Shown: positions 1 through 13,696 of the stretch, piece by piece | Layout of the letters: each line of letters opens with the position of its first letter | Position numbering within the stretch: position 1 is the first letter of the stretch | Assembly: GCA_009602735.1 (NCBI GenBank) | Contig: WELA01001939.1 | Span: 43,526-107,525 of the forward strand | DNA length: 64,000 nucleotides | Direction: 5' to 3' | DNA from: Mesotaenium endlicherianum | Taxonomy: Eukaryota | Translations under genes and position numbers: made by a program | Notes under the pieces: generated by a model | Told to the model about the DNA's origin: nothing | Seen by the model: only the letters and a program-made list of their open reading frames with translations | Databases searched by the model: none

Positions 1-79
<79 letters not shown>
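1..79. repeat. (TC)n microsatellite, intronic
   Basis: Pure TC run at the window start. Confidence 0.98.
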
Positions 80-82
<3 letters not shown>

Positions 83-256
83 GCGCAGTGCTAGTTCAGT
101 TTCTTGATTGCTGATGGTTCTTCCTTGGTGTCCTGGATGGGCCAACCCTCCCGCTCAGCACGCCGCCGTTGACCCCCTTTGACCTCCTCCGGCCTATGTT
201 GACCCTGCATTGACCTCACCGTTGACTATTGTTGACCCTCCGCCTGCGCGCGGCAG

Positions 257-2983
257 CACGATCACGGCAGAGATGGCGTTCATGTTCTGGGAGCGCAACC
301 GGCCGGAGGGCACCATTGACTACCCCCTGGGTGGAGGTGGGGCGCTCATCGACGCGCTCGTACGCGGGCTGACCAAGTACGGCGGGCAGCTCCTGCTGGG
401 CACACACATTGAGGAGATCATTGTCCAGGACGGCCGCGCCTGCGGGGTGCGCCTCCGGCAGCGCCGGCGGAAGCGCGACTTGCCCTCCTCCTCCTCCTCT
501 GCCGCCGCCAGGGGGCAATTCGACGGCGACGGGGGGGCGTACTCGGACGCGGAGGACGAGGAGTTTGACGGCGGCGGATGGGACAGCGACTCGGACGTCT
601 TCGATGAGCGGCAGCTGAAGGAGGAGGCAGAGGGGGCAGGGGCGGCTGCCAGGAGGGTGGTGGAGGAGGAGGACGGGTACCTCTCCGATTGGTCGGACGA
701 GATCTTCGAGCTCCTGGAGGAGGAGGAGGGGAGGGAGGAGCGGCGGCGGACGGGCGGCGCAGCGGGGACGGGGGCGGGGGCCGGGGCCAGGGCGGGGGAT
801 GGGGGAGGGGAGAAGTTTCCGCCGCTCATTCGTGCGACAAAGGCGGTGGTGAGCAACGCGTCCATCTGGGATACGACGAAGCTGCTGCCCAAGACGGCGG
901 AGGGTGCGGCCGCCGTTAAAGCGAGGGCCAAGAGCACTGACATGACTGCCAGCTTCCTCCACCTGCACCTGGGGATCGACGCCACAGGTGCGCGTCTGCT
1001 TGTTCGGGTGTATGGATGTGTTTTGCACGCGCGTGTGCGTGTGCGTGTGCGTGTGCGTGTGCATGTGCGTGTGAACGCGTGTGCTTGCGGGCCTTTGTGC
1101 GCGTGCGCACGTCCATGCATGCATGTGTGTTTGTGTGTGTGCGTGCGCGCGCGCGTCTGTCTGCATGGTGTGTCTGCATGTGCATACACATTTGTGCATG
1201 CGTATATGTGTACGTGTGCGTCTCTCTCTCTCTCTCTCTCTATGTATGTGTATGTATGTGATGCGTTTGTAAGTGCTAGCGCACGTGCGCTTAAGCACGG
1301 GTGGGCAAGCCCCTGCCGGGGGGTCAAGCCCCTGCCGGGCGGCCAAGCCCCTGCCGGGCGGCCTTGCTGCTGATGACCTGGTTGGAGTTGACATGCATGT
1401 ATTGGCAGCGTGGTCGGCAGTGCCGGAATCCCACTTTCTGAGGAAAAACACAAAACCTCTTACTTGGGCGCCTCCGCTTTGCTTTCCATATATTCCGAGG
1501 TTGAGGGAGCGGGTATGGCTGTCAGTTCTCAGACTTTGCCTGGAAAGAGACGCGGTTCCTCAAGATCCTTCTTGCTTCCTCCTTCCTCTCTTTCTCCCTC
1601 AAACCCTTCCTTCCTCCCCCCCTCTCTCGCACCTCCCTCCCTTCCTCCCTCCCCCTCCTCTCCCTTCCACCCTCCCTCCCCCCGTCGTCCTCTGTCTCCC
1701 TCCCTCCCTCCCTCCTCTCTATCTCTTGCACATGCGCAGGCCTGCCGCCCGATCTGGAGTGCCACCACCTGATAGTGAACAGCTGGGAGGCGGGCGTGGA
1801 GGCGCCGCAGAATGTCATCATCGTGTCGATCCCCACCATCTTCGACGCCTCGCTGGCGCCCCCCGGGAAGCACGTCGTGCATGCGTACACGGCCGGCAAC
1901 GAGCCCTACAGCATCTGGGAGGGCATGGACCGCAAGAGCGAGGAGTACGCCAAACTCAAGGCTGAGCGCGCCGAGGTGTTTTTCTTTCTTTTTACTTATC
2001 TTATCTTTGTATACACGCGCATGGGCGCGAACACGCGCATGCGCGCAAACCCGTAGACAGAGTCTGTTTTTTTGTTTTTCTCTTGTCTTTTTGTACACGC
2101 GCCTGCGCAATAACTCGTCCGCAAAGACGTGCGCACGCGTGCACATGACTGCATGCATATACACGTGAAAAGTCATGCACGAGTTCATCTGCGTGCGTGT
2201 GCAATCGTGGTCAGTCTATGGCTATGCCTGATTAGGGCACTGAGGGTTGGGGTTCCCACACAAGAAAGTATTTTGGTTGAGTGGAAATGGTTATAAACGT
2301 GTCGCGTATGTGCGGAGTTATGCTTTGTAGAAAGAAAGGGCGTCAGAGTCACGCAGGCTTCTCTGGACCCGATGAAAGACTTCCCTTTTCTCTCACCTGC
2401 TGCTGGTGCTGGGGCAACTCCACGGGAGGGTAGAGACACAGGTTTGAGCTTAGGTTTGGGCTTGGGTTTGGCTTTGGGTCCTGGTTTTGGTCTTAGCTTG
2501 GGTTCTGTTTCGGTTTTGGCCTGGGTTGGGGTCAGGTTTGGGGTGTGGTCAGGGTTTGGGCCGGGGTTTGGATTGGGTTTGGGACTTGAATTATCTGCCG
2601 TCTCGATTCCATCTCACATGGCCCAAACTGCGCTGTTCTTGCACGCCGTCCTCGCCTGGCAGGTGCTGTGGCGAGCCCTGGAGAGGGCGATCCCCGACAT
2701 CAGGCAGCGCACAGAATTCGAGATTATCGGCACGCCGCTCACGCACGAGCGCTACCTCCGGAGGACACGAGGCACGTACGGGCCAGCTGTCAAGGCCGGG
2801 AAGGCCGACTGGCCGGGGCCGCGCACGGAGGTCCCGGGGCTCCTCGTGTGCGGGGACTCGACGATGCCCGGGATCGGCGTGCCAGCTGTCGCCGCCAGCG
2901 GGCTGATGGCGGCCAATGCCGTGCTGCCCGTGTGGCACCACTGGGACATGCTGGACACCATTGAGACTGCTGCGACGAAATAA
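257..2983 (+). CDS. 3' part of a carotenoid isomerase-like (CRTISO-like/phytoene dehydrogenase family) FAD oxidoreductase; exons 257-987, 1740-1975, 2663-2983; 5' exons lie outside the window
   Basis: GT-AG introns splice in frame. Motifs: IDYPLGGGGALIDALVRGL, AVVSNASIWDT, SFLHLHLGIDA, LAPPGKHVVHAY, GTPLTHERYLRR, CGDSTMPGIGVPAVAASG. It resembles the At1g57770-type CRTISO-like clade (from recall). Confidence 0.92.
1304..1362 (+). repeat. Three tandem ~19-bp units CAAGCCCCTGCCGGG(C/G)GG in an intron
   Basis: Direct repeats visible in the sequence. Confidence 0.8.
2440..2590 (+). repeat. Degenerate GGGTTT/GGGTTA-like hexamer tract in an intron
   Basis: ggtttgagcttaggtttgggcttgggtttgg... Confidence 0.7.
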
Positions 2984-4387
2984 TACATATCTAAATAATA
3001 ATAAATTCTGCATAGCTGAGCGTAGCCGTGCATGAGGTGGTGAATCGTGTCCATTGATCACTCTAATCAAAGAGTATCCATGCATGCATGCATGCAGGCA
3101 CGCACGAAGATACTTGAGCTCTTTAGCCACCGCCTGTATCTGGCTGACCGTCATTCGCTGTACGTCAACATGCATGAGCTGCACAGTGAGCTGGCGTGTG
3201 ATTGGTGGGCGGGTGCGTATGGGTTCGAAGTCCTGGCCGTCCAGAAACGCTGCCCATGTGGGTGCTTGATAACTACCCCAGCTCTGTCTTGAATTTCCTT
3301 TTTCCTTCGTTCCTTATGCAAGATGATGCAGCGCGATCAAGTGGGGTTGCAAGGTTGGGTCTCACTTGAGAGTGCACGCTTGCTGCAACAAGTGCACGTA
3401 GTGGAAGCCAACAGGCTGCTGTAATACTATCGCCGCTGGACTGCTCAGATCTGCGCCTCTCACACACGCCTCGTAATGTGCACGCGCCTGTGTGCTTCTT
3501 TCAATTTGCATTTTGCATCCAGTTCCCCCTTTGTCGAGAAGATTAACCCTATAAGTAAGCACAATGGCATTTCTTTTCACCTATTCTGCCTCCCTCGGTG
3601 GCAAGCAATATAGGACCATATGAACACTCAAATAAAACATTGTAAACACTTAAGAGATGAACATTAGCCTTCTGGGTTCTTGCCTAAGCTGTCTCACATC
3701 GTGCTTGTAGCGTGCATTCAATGCTACTAAGTAGTGAAGAGAGAAGGCCCGTGATCGCAGTGCAGGTGAATGCTTTATCTAGCTCTAGCTACAGTCAGCT
3801 GGACAAGAAGTACTCAAAATGCACTAGTGACGCGCAGTGGCATACAGCAATACCCTACACTGCCACTCAACAATTGTACTTTCTATTCAATGTTCAACAT
3901 TATCAGCGCGCACAAAAGGATGTCACAACAATAAGCATTCCGATTTGTCGCCTAGTTTGCCTGTGTATTGAGAATAATATATCTATGCTTTGGGGTGAAA
4001 ATGGATGGTCCAGTAATAGTGCAAGTAATAAACTATCTCACGATACTAGTATATGCTTGCTATAGTTATTGTATGAATAGTTCTGGTGAAACATGGCACC
4101 AGTGTACATTTCTGTGTATGTTCTCTAGAATAGCTGGACTATCCAGGCCATCTGCTTGGCATCTGATGAAACCTCATGCAGCAAGAATGTGCACTGGTGG
4201 GATAGAATCCAGGAAAAGTGTCCCTTGCTAGGCTAGCAATATAAATAACAGGTTTGATGCTGTGAGAAAAGGCACCTGATGCAGTGGGAAAAGGTATTGC
4301 ACTAAAATTAGCTATCTACTTTGTCGCCTGCCAGCTAGCAGCAGTTACCATCAATCACAGGCTTGCAAGCCCACAGAGTCAGGTCTC

Positions 4388-5135
4388 TCAAATTTCCACT
4401 TTATGACTTCCCAGCACTTTCACATACTGTCTGATGTCCCCCGAGTTAGGAGAGACAGGTGTCATGTAAAGGCTGCCTTCCCTGATCTTACCGTTGTCTA
4501 CCTCCATGATGATGACTCCCTTCACGTTGTTGTGTCCATCGTCGTCAGTCAGATGGGCTTCGACAAAGCCCGTGACTCTCCCATCCCCATGGTCCGTAAA
4601 CGACGTCCTCTGTATGTCATATCGAAGGCTAGGGATACGAGGGAACAGCTCTTCATACACTCGCCTCACCTACGCAGAAAGGAGGAGTAATGCCTACTCA
4701 AAGTTAAATCTCAAGTAATGCATCTCCATTCGAGCACACACCGGGAGGGGAGATGTAAGTGTGAGTCGGTGTGTATGTATGTGTGTCTGGTGGTGACCAA
4801 TATATATAATGGCACGGCCATTACATTTGGATTAAATTTTCTGCTGACCGTCCACAGCGTATAAGTTAGTCAAAGTACACACAGAAGGCCGCTCGTAAGA
4901 GCCTTAATCAGCTGGTGAAGTAAGCTAGTCAATTGCAGCAAATATTATTCAAGTGACCATTACACGCATTCGACAAATAAGATTGTAGAGAGAACCGTAC
5001 TGCTTTGGGCCCCTCAAAGTTGCGGGAAGGAAAGCAAGGTTGAACGGACTTGTAATCCTCGTGATAGAAGGTCTCGATAGCGTCCAAGTCGTGACGGTTT
5101 ACAGCATCGAAGAAACCTAGTATAGCTTCAGCCAT
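4388..5135 (-). CDS. SnoaL-like/NTF2-fold protein, 138 aa; exons 5135-5001 and 4669-4388
   Basis: Phase-0 GT-AG intron 5000-4670. Joined protein: MAEAILGFFDAVNRHDLDAIETFYHEDYKSVQPCFPSRNFEGPKA|VRRVYEELFPRIPSLRYDI...KGVIIMEVDNGKIREGSLYMTPV, a SnoaL_2-type pattern. Confidence 0.85.
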
Positions 5136-6939
5136 GAGGACCAGACAAAAGAAGAGTAGTCGTCCGCTAATCGCGTCCACTAATGACAGTAGAAAGATGT
5201 AGGTAAATTGACCGGGGTGTAGCTGGCCACCAGGAACCAACAATAACTGAAGTACTGAATACAATCCACACGCGCTTAGTGCGTTGGTCACTGAAATGCA
5301 CTACCATTGTGCTCCCCCGGACAATACACCACTGTGTGAGGCAACCAAAGCTGAACCAAACAGAACCAAAGGCGCATCGAGGGGAAAACGTACGCCGTGA
5401 TCAACCTCGTCGTCAACTGTTGCAGGTCACGACGTGCTACGACGACTCGCGACATTGCGCGACCTCCAGCAAGCATGAAAGTTACCCGCCCATCCGGCGT
5501 AAGAGGCGTCCAACGCGGCAAGATGTCAGGACTAGCTGGTGCTCTGTAGGCGGTTTTTAAACACGGAAGATATTGGTCTATAAAAAGGTTATATTTTTTT
5601 TGAAAATTGTGTATATGTACATGCACACTCGCTCTTCGTTCGACTTGATTGTAACTAAATAGCAGCTGGCAGCTTCACAGGTTCTCTGATGCACTCTACT
5701 GCAGATGCATGACCATGGGTCCATGACCCATGCACTATGACCCAAAGCATGACGGTCCCATGCGTTTCATTGTGGGTGACCAGCGCTCGAGTACTTCAAT
5801 AGTCCAAGCACGGTCACTTGAAGCAATTTGAAGTGTGAAGTTATCAGTATAGCTAGTATGGACGTCTCCATCCGTGCAGTCCAAATTTCTGGGTGCATGT
5901 CTTATGCTAATTGAAGTATCATGACGCACACTGAATAGCAAAAAACTTGTGCTGACGGGTTTGTGTTTGAAATATTCACTTTTAACAAGTATATATATAG
6001 GCCTGCAGTGTAGCTTCTAGTGCACCAATTTCTTGCGCTGCGAAGAAGGGAAACGCCAGACTTCGTCCAGGCTCTCTTTGCAGAAAGGGTAGAGATTATA
6101 TCATGGTACCGCTTTTCCCCGCAATCAAGAAACTTGGTTACCTGCTCTATTGTGCAGCTATATAAGCTGGAATATATGAGCCTTATCGCCACGAAGCCTG
6201 GCGTCTTTGTGCCATATTCACACTAGTATATATGGCCCCTAGACCCATGTACCATGTCATACTTGTGTCATCAATCACAAGCAATTATGAAAGAAGAGTA
6301 AAGCTCATTGCAAGAGATGGTGACCAGTTCCTCAATATTTGATCTACAGAGTCTAAAACTTGTGTCAATTGGTGGCCGGATATGTGCCTTGGTTTTTGTG
6401 GGTCCATCAAAATGCTCCTCGCTTGTCCAAGTTAAATCCACTTGTGGTTTAATTGTTGATTAACCAATGCAGCCGCAACTTTATCTAAGGTTCGAATTAC
6501 ATAAATGAATGAACATTTGAAGTTTCCATAGGATTGAAGTGAAGGAAATAGTTGATAGTTTTATAGCCAGGCTTGCAGCTAGTGTGTGCGATAGTTTGTT
6601 GGCGGTCCGAGTATTCGAAGTTTGATCAACAAAGGAGCTTTGATTTCTTCACGCAGTTTTGTTGCACATTAACAGAGCCAAAGAATCATGGAAAAAAGTT
6701 GCAACTTTTATCAAAATTTGCTTGGATTTGTGTGACGTTGGAAAGGGCAAAACATTTGGCTCGCTTCAGGTCATGGAAAACTGATCAAAAACTTCCTCTG
6801 GTGTGCCTTGTCTATGTTCACTGACCATTAAAGGCCACAGAACACTATCTGCAGGCACTTCAGGATTTAAGCTTTCCTTCTCCTGCTTTGCCTTATCTAT
6901 TCTTCTGCCTATATTCTTTTTTGACAGAATTGCTCTGAA

Positions 6940-9000
6940 ATGGCGCAGGCATTGGTGAGCATGTCAGATTTGCCTGACGTGATTCTGGAGCCAATTTTAC
7001 TGTCAGCCTGCGTCTATCATGAACCCAAAGTCAGAAGGAGGGTGTCAACATGGCCCAAGTCAAGGACTTGACCAGGGTGTGCACCAGGTGGCGCAATGTG
7101 CTGCTGTCTACTTGCAAGAGTGCTTCCATGAAGCAATTAAGAGGTGCTGATGTGGCGCTCCATCAGCTGCGCGCTTTGAGAAATGTGACTCATGTCTCCA
7201 TAAATGGAGAGTCAAAGAACAAGAGCACAGAATTGTTCATGAGAGGACTGGCCACTGGGTTCCCTCTCCTCACGTCCTTTCATCTGACACTTAATGGCAT
7301 CTATAAGCTCCTGGACCACCTGACCTTCCCTTCCGTTAAGACAAACGTACAGAAGCTGTATCTGGGTTTCAAAGGTTATCATCAGCACTCTAATGGCAAT
7401 TACTGGCACTGCCTGAATGAGCTGAAGAACATGGACTTCAGGAATCAGGTGCATCTGAAAAATCTAACTCTGAACTTTTATGACCTCAACTTACCCAAGA
7501 AATTTCTTCGAGGTCGCTGCCTCCCTGTCAGTCCCACGATAGCACAGCTGGCAAGCCTTAAGGAGCTTCATATCAGGGTGAATGATTTGAAGGTGCCCTT
7601 GCCCCTGTGGCTGGCCAAGCTCCCCGCATTTGCTGGCTTGAGAGTTAAGCTTAATCCACAAGGACCTCCCCCAGGTTCTGGAATCTGTGCGCTCCATGAC
7701 AGGCCTCAGGGAGCTGACCTTGTATTCAGCTGAGGTAGGCACTTCAAAAGATCATGAAGTCATGCCTTTCACCTTTTAGAAACATGCCTTGCGCACCATA
7801 TGCTCTGTTGACGCAGGCACTTTAAATATCAACGGTTGTTCAAATCATGCCTTTCATCTCTTGGCAGCTTGACTTGCTTACAGAACTTTTTGTTGAGGTA
7901 GGCTTCTGAAAGTTGCGCACACCGTTTTGCGTCCAAGTAGCAGGTTTTGTTTGTTGCATGCATCAAAAAACTTACACTTTTTCATGAATGCTTAGACTTG
8001 TTGAGAAAGTAGGCACCTTGACACTTGTTTCCAAGTCATGCACTTCACCTCCAAGTAGCATGCCTGCACGAATCCAAATTAAGAAGCGTGCCCTTCGATG
8101 CGGCGCTGAGGCTCCAAAGGCAAAGCCTGTTCATGACCTTCTTTGTTTCATTGCTTGCTTTCATTGTGCTTGCTCCTCTTTCAGATCGACGCTCCAGTGA
8201 AGGACCTTGTTTCCAGGATGAGCCATTTGACGGCTTTGGAGCTTCGATGGGCTCCCAACTCTGGGTTTGGAATATGGTCCTTCGAGACAATGTTATTGCT
8301 GAGCTCCACTCTCCGGAAGTTGGAAGTCACTCACTTGGTCCTTCCCACTTTTGGCATGCCCCTGCCCCTCCTGGAGGACCTCACGATGGATGTTTTGAAG
8401 AGAATTGAGCCCGATTATTTTGCGTTCACGCCTGGCCTCCGCAGGCTAAACATGACCTTGGGAGAGGGCGTGGTATGGCCCTGCCTGGAGTACCTCACCC
8501 AGCTGACCTCCCTGTCTCTGTCCATGTTTGAATCCTATCCCTACATCGACCCGGAAAGAGAGGAGGAGCCCACGTGGCGCAACGATGGGGCGCACACGCA
8601 CTCGTTGCAGATGCTCGTGTTGCGGTCTTGCAAGCTGCTTCCCCTTATTGGCGGACTGCTCACTTTGGGGCGTCACGTGGCGGTCTCTCTGCGCTGCACA
8701 TGTGACGAAGACGATGACGATGGACGCTGGTACACTACCCATGCAGAGTATGCTGCTGCCCAGGGGAGCCGCTGCCGTAGGCTGCCACTTGGCAACGCCA
8801 GGCAGCTGTTCAAGGACACCAGGCGCCCATCCCCAAGGCCTCCTGCTCTTGACCAATGTGATGCTTGCCCCTCCTCCAATTATAGGGACAAGGACACACA
8901 GTGGGCAAGTCAAGCTGCTCGCAAAAGTGGGGAGTTGCCGGAGTTCGACACTAGAGGTTTGGGACACGAGGGGGGCATGATCCCTGGCCTCTAGGAGCTG
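6940..9000 (+). pseudogene. F-box/LRR-like gene with frameshifts; exons ~6940-7734 and 8185-~9000
   Basis: An F-box-like start (MSDLPDVILEPILL...KDLTRVCTRWRNV) is split across two frames near 7050. LRR-like repeats: LASLKELHI, LTALEL, LRKLEV, LEDLTM, LRRLNM, LTQLTSLSL. A second frameshift near 7670 restores LPQVLESVRSMTGLRELTLYSAE|gtaggc. Confidence 0.7.
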
Positions 9001-10277
9001 TGTCAACCGGAAGCTGGATAGCCAGAGGGGAGGGAGGCAAGAAGAGAAGGAGAGATGCAAAGTAAAAGTTATAACTTGGTGTTCTGCTAGAAAAAACTAA
9101 ACTCAGGCTTCTCCATGGAACGTTGCTTAGCGCTGCTTGCTTTGTTGGTGATTGTGCCAAGCAAGCAGTGCCGGCTGTCGCACATGCCAGGTGCACAAAG
9201 GTAATCTCTCTTGCAAACTGTAGAATGATAAGGCCGTCCTGTTCAGCTAGACAGCCGATCCTGAGTGGTGGTTCCCTGGCAACACGGACGTACTAACTCA
9301 CAATTGAAATACCACAACACGCCTAAATTTGTGAATTAGAACACCCCTTGGAGCGATAGAAATTATTATCTTTCAGCTCATACTCTTGCTCCGGATCAAA
9401 GACCACCTTCTGGCTTAGCTTAATTGGCTGCACACAGTACAGGATCTCCAGCTATTTCTCCATGCTAGTCGTTGGTCCAGCCCCCTGAATGGATCTAAAT
9501 TGTGGAGCTAACCATTAAGCGTGATATATGCATGATTTATATGGGTAGCCTGCCTCGTGCCATTGTGCATTATCAACAGAAATATATGTACACCTTTCAT
9601 GTTGGTCCCTTGCTTAGTGATGGTGCCAGCTTGATCTGGTTCCAGAGAACAAAATTATTTTATCAGTGGGGGTTCTATACACTTACATCATGTCAACATT
9701 GTAACATGCATAGACATGTATTTGCTGCAGGTTAACACATGAACATACTCAACATTTGCCACAACCAAAGCTGATCTTATTCAACCCTGCAGAGGGCGCT
9801 TATTTACAACATGCACTGAAATTCCAAGCTGTTGAGTAGAAAAGAAACGATGGTGCTGCTTATTGGGTTCACATTCGTCAATAAGTTGAGGGGACCTTTG
9901 TCACCTGTAAATGATCGCTAGACCTTAGGCTAGCGCTAGCCCCCTATACATGCACTCCTCTATGAACGGCCATGCAGCTGGAATATTTAATCAGGTTTAA
10001 TTCAGCTGGAGTAGAGATATAGCTCTGAATACGAATATATACATCTTTCCAGAGCACAATCTGCACCTTTGATCTCACACTCATAAGTAATCCCCAATGA
10101 ATAAGCAGAAAAAATTATATGGAGAAGACCTCCCTCGGGCCAATAGCAAGAAGCATGCAGCCCCCCGCTTGAAAGAGATCCCCCCGGAGGAAGAATAGCA
10201 GGAATGCTCGACCTTCAAGCCAAAATGGAATGCTAAAATGCTGCCAAAAACTTCAAAAGCTTGCTATGGACGCCCCC

Positions 10278-13200
10278 TCAGAATCCAAACAACCCCCGGG
10301 GCCACCCGCTGAACCGCCGCTGGCCCGGCGGCGGGGACGCCTTGTCAGCAGCAGCCCCAGCAGCGGCCGCAGCTTCGACAACGCCGCCGCCACCGCCGCC
10401 CCGATTCCGGCTCTCTTCCTTTGCCGACGAGCGGGTGGGAGGCGGGGGTGTCTTGTCGAGCGAGATCTCGTGGGACACGGGGGAGGCTCCCAGCATCGCC
10501 TCCCCGTCCAGCGCCGCGACCGAGCTCGACGAGCGCGACCTGACGCGGAGGTTGGCGGGCATGTAGTCATTCACGTTGAATTTTCCGCTTGACTTCTTCT
10601 CCAGCTCCTCCCGCAGCCGCCGCAGGTGCTCAGGGATGTATTCCGCAAGGTCCTCGTCCTCCACCACCTCCTCCTCGTCCTCCTCCTCCTCCTCCTGCCT
10701 GCCCCCGCCCCCGAGGGGCGCCGCACGCCGCGGCCACCCGGCCCCGCCGCCCGCCGAGATCAGCCCTGGCTCGGGGCCGAAGCGCGGGGACGCGAATCTG
10801 AACACACCGCCGCCGATGCCGCCGTTGCTGCCGCCAAAGACACCATTCATGCCGCCGCCGCCGCCGCCGCTGCCGCGTGAGGAGGGTTCGGCGGCGACCC
10901 CGTCCCTGGAGATGGCCCTGGACGCGATGTCCCTCGATGTGATGTCGGCATAGAAGGCAGTTCCCGAGAAGCCGCTGTCGGTTGCACCCGACACGGAGGC
11001 GCTGCCACTGCTGCCGTCGCCGCTATCGCCGCTTGCTGTCACCACGGGCCCCTCCCACGACGCGCTGACAGCTGGCGTGCCTTGCTGCGCCTCCTTAAAG
11101 CCGGCACCATCTTTGTGCACAAGCGGCATGGGGACCTTCTCCCCTGAGCTCCCTTCTGGCTCTGCATTGGCCTTTGCCTCTGCACCTGTCCTCTCTCCTG
11201 CTCCTCCAGGTCCTGCTCCTTCCCCTGCCCCTGACCCCGCAACCGGCTCGTTCTTTGGCAAGGCAGGCTCAGACTGGGACTGCAATGCCCGTGCACCTTC
11301 AGGCTGCGCTTTGACCATTAGAGGCAGGTCCGGCATCTGCTCACTTTGCAGCTGCCAGCTGTTGGCCTCCCCTTCTCCACGGCCAAGGAAGGAACCTCCT
11401 CCGGCCAAGATCCCCTCCCTCTGCGACGGAGATCCAGCACCCACCATGGCCGCTGCCTCCTTGGAGTGTCGTCGCAACAGCACCTCCGGAGAGGCAGAGG
11501 CTGCCAGGTGGATGCTCTGGGGCTCCTGCAGCGCCGCCAGGTCGTCGACAAAAGACTCCTGGGAGGCTACCAGGCGGGCGCCGCCGCCCGCCTTCTGCGG
11601 CGTGGAGTAGGACGACGACTCCTCCGTCGACTCCCACGAGGGCGGGCGGCTGCCGGCCGGCCGACCCTGGACCTCGGCCCCGCACGAGGCGGCTCTGCCG
11701 CTGCTGCCGTGGCTCTCTGCGGCGGAGACGCCGGAGCACTGGGGCTCAGGGTCGGACTTCGTCGTGTACACGTCGCCAGCTGGCGTTGTCTTGTCGAGCG
11801 CTGCGCTGCCGACGGCGGCCCATGCCCTGCCGCGACCGCCGTCCACCCCCTGGGAGGTGATCGTGGCCCCGGCCCTGGCGCCGGCCCCCTCCTTGGGGCG
11901 GCCGATCCAGGCGGCGAGGTGCCCCCGGTCCACGAGGGCCGGCAAGGGCCTGGGTGGGGGCGAGCGCGAGGGCGGGGCCGGTGGTGATCCTGGGAGGATG
12001 CTGCCGCTGCCGCCGCTGCTGCCTGCCTCGGACAGGGCCTCTCCCCGCAGCGCCTGTGCGCGCGTGCAGGGTGAGCTGGGGCTGGCGCAGTAGAGGGGGT
12101 TCCAGAGGGCCACTCTCCTCTTCCGCACACTCTTGGAGGCGCTCAAGGGCGGCGCAAACGACAGGCAACCTATGGGGGAGTCGGCAGCAGCAGCAGAAGC
12201 ATCAGGCGTCGAATCCCCCCCCCCGGCCCCAGCTCTCTGCTGCTTCCCTGCCGTCCCCCGGCCCCCACGGCTGAACCACGCGGCAATGCCGTGCTTCCGC
12301 AAGAGCGGCGTGCTGACAGCTGTCCCTGCCGCCACTGCGGTGGCCACAGCTCTCTCCTTGTGGCCCTCGCCGCCCACGTGTCCTCCATCTGCCTGCTGCT
12401 CCTGGCCTGCGCTGCTGCCTCCGCTGCCTCTGCCGCCGCCAGCTGTCCACATCCTGGCCACGTCCTCGTCAGAGACGCGAGCAGAGCTGCCCCTTCGCGT
12501 GTTTGATGACGTGGGCTGCGGCGTCGACAGGTGGCCCTGCTGCTCGCTGGCAGCCTCCGTGGCACCACCATCACCATTGCCAGCAGCAGCAGCAAGCTCC
12601 TCCTCCTTGCCTGAATCTGCACCGTCTCCATCTCCCTTCTTTTCGGGGGAGGTTCTCTTTGATGCCAGCCTGGCAGCCCTCGTGCGACAGCAGCAGCAGC
12701 ACGAGATGGCGCCACCAAGGAGCGCGCCGCCCGCCCTCCCGAGCTCCAGCAAACCCCTGCTGAAGGTGGGCGGCGTGCCAGCTGGCGAGAGGACGACTAC
12801 CTGGCGGTAGTACGCGCCCCACTGGCCCGCCAGCTGGCCAACGAAGCTGACAAGGAGCAGCGCCAGCGCGACGGCTCCCGGGCCGGAGGGGTCCTGCCCC
12901 TCCCGGCCGGCCGCGACGAGCGCCAGGCAGCACGTGAAGACACCTGTCTCGCACGCGATTGAGAGGGCTTCCACAAGCTGCTGCACTCGGCTCCTGTGGA
13001 GGCGCAGGGCGGCGAGCGGGAGCAGCTGGAGCCCTGAGAGGCCCAGCAGAAGGCTCGCCTGCCAGGAGGAGAGAGCAAGTGGAGAAAGAGAGTGAGAAAG
13101 AGAAATAAAAGCGAGAGTGGGGAGACGGGCACTTCGGAGAGAGGCAGCAGCAGCGAGGCGGATGATGGCAAACCCCCCCCCCCCCCAGGGGGACCCAGCG

Positions 13201-13663
13201 TTTGAGGTTGAGAGGGGTTGTGCTCCGTGTTTTGGTGAGGTGAAGTTATGAATTCTCTGCAAGAAGGAGGATGCTGAGGCTTAAGTTCCCAACTCCCTGC
13301 ACAGCAGGTCTACCTAGCGAGCTGCACGCGCGCAGCTGACAGGGTCCCACTATTAAAGATTCCCGAAGGGGGTCAGCGGCAGCTTCATGGTTGCAGCAAT
13401 CTTAGAGTTTTACAGATTTCAGGGCTTCAAATACTTCAGGGTTTCATTATTGTCAAGTAAACTGATGTTGTAGAGTATGGGGGCGCAGGAAACAGGGGGC
13501 CACGGGCTTGGCTCACAAGCCGCAAATGAGCTTACTAGACCTTGCGTAGATCCTGAAATAGTTGGTCCAGGCTGGGCCAGGAGGCGAAGTGCAGGGCAAG
13601 GGGGCGTCTTCGAGCGACTGTTGCCGCACTCGGCACCCCCCCCCCCCCCCCCCCCCCCNCCCG

Positions 13664-13696
<33 letters not shown>

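Noticed and set aside
216..1453. Long minus-strand ORFs (411 and 377 aa)
   Set aside because: Antisense shadows of a GC-rich exon plus a (GT)n intron.
10230..12810. Multiple plus-strand ORFs
   Set aside because: Antisense shadows of the GC-rich terminal exon.
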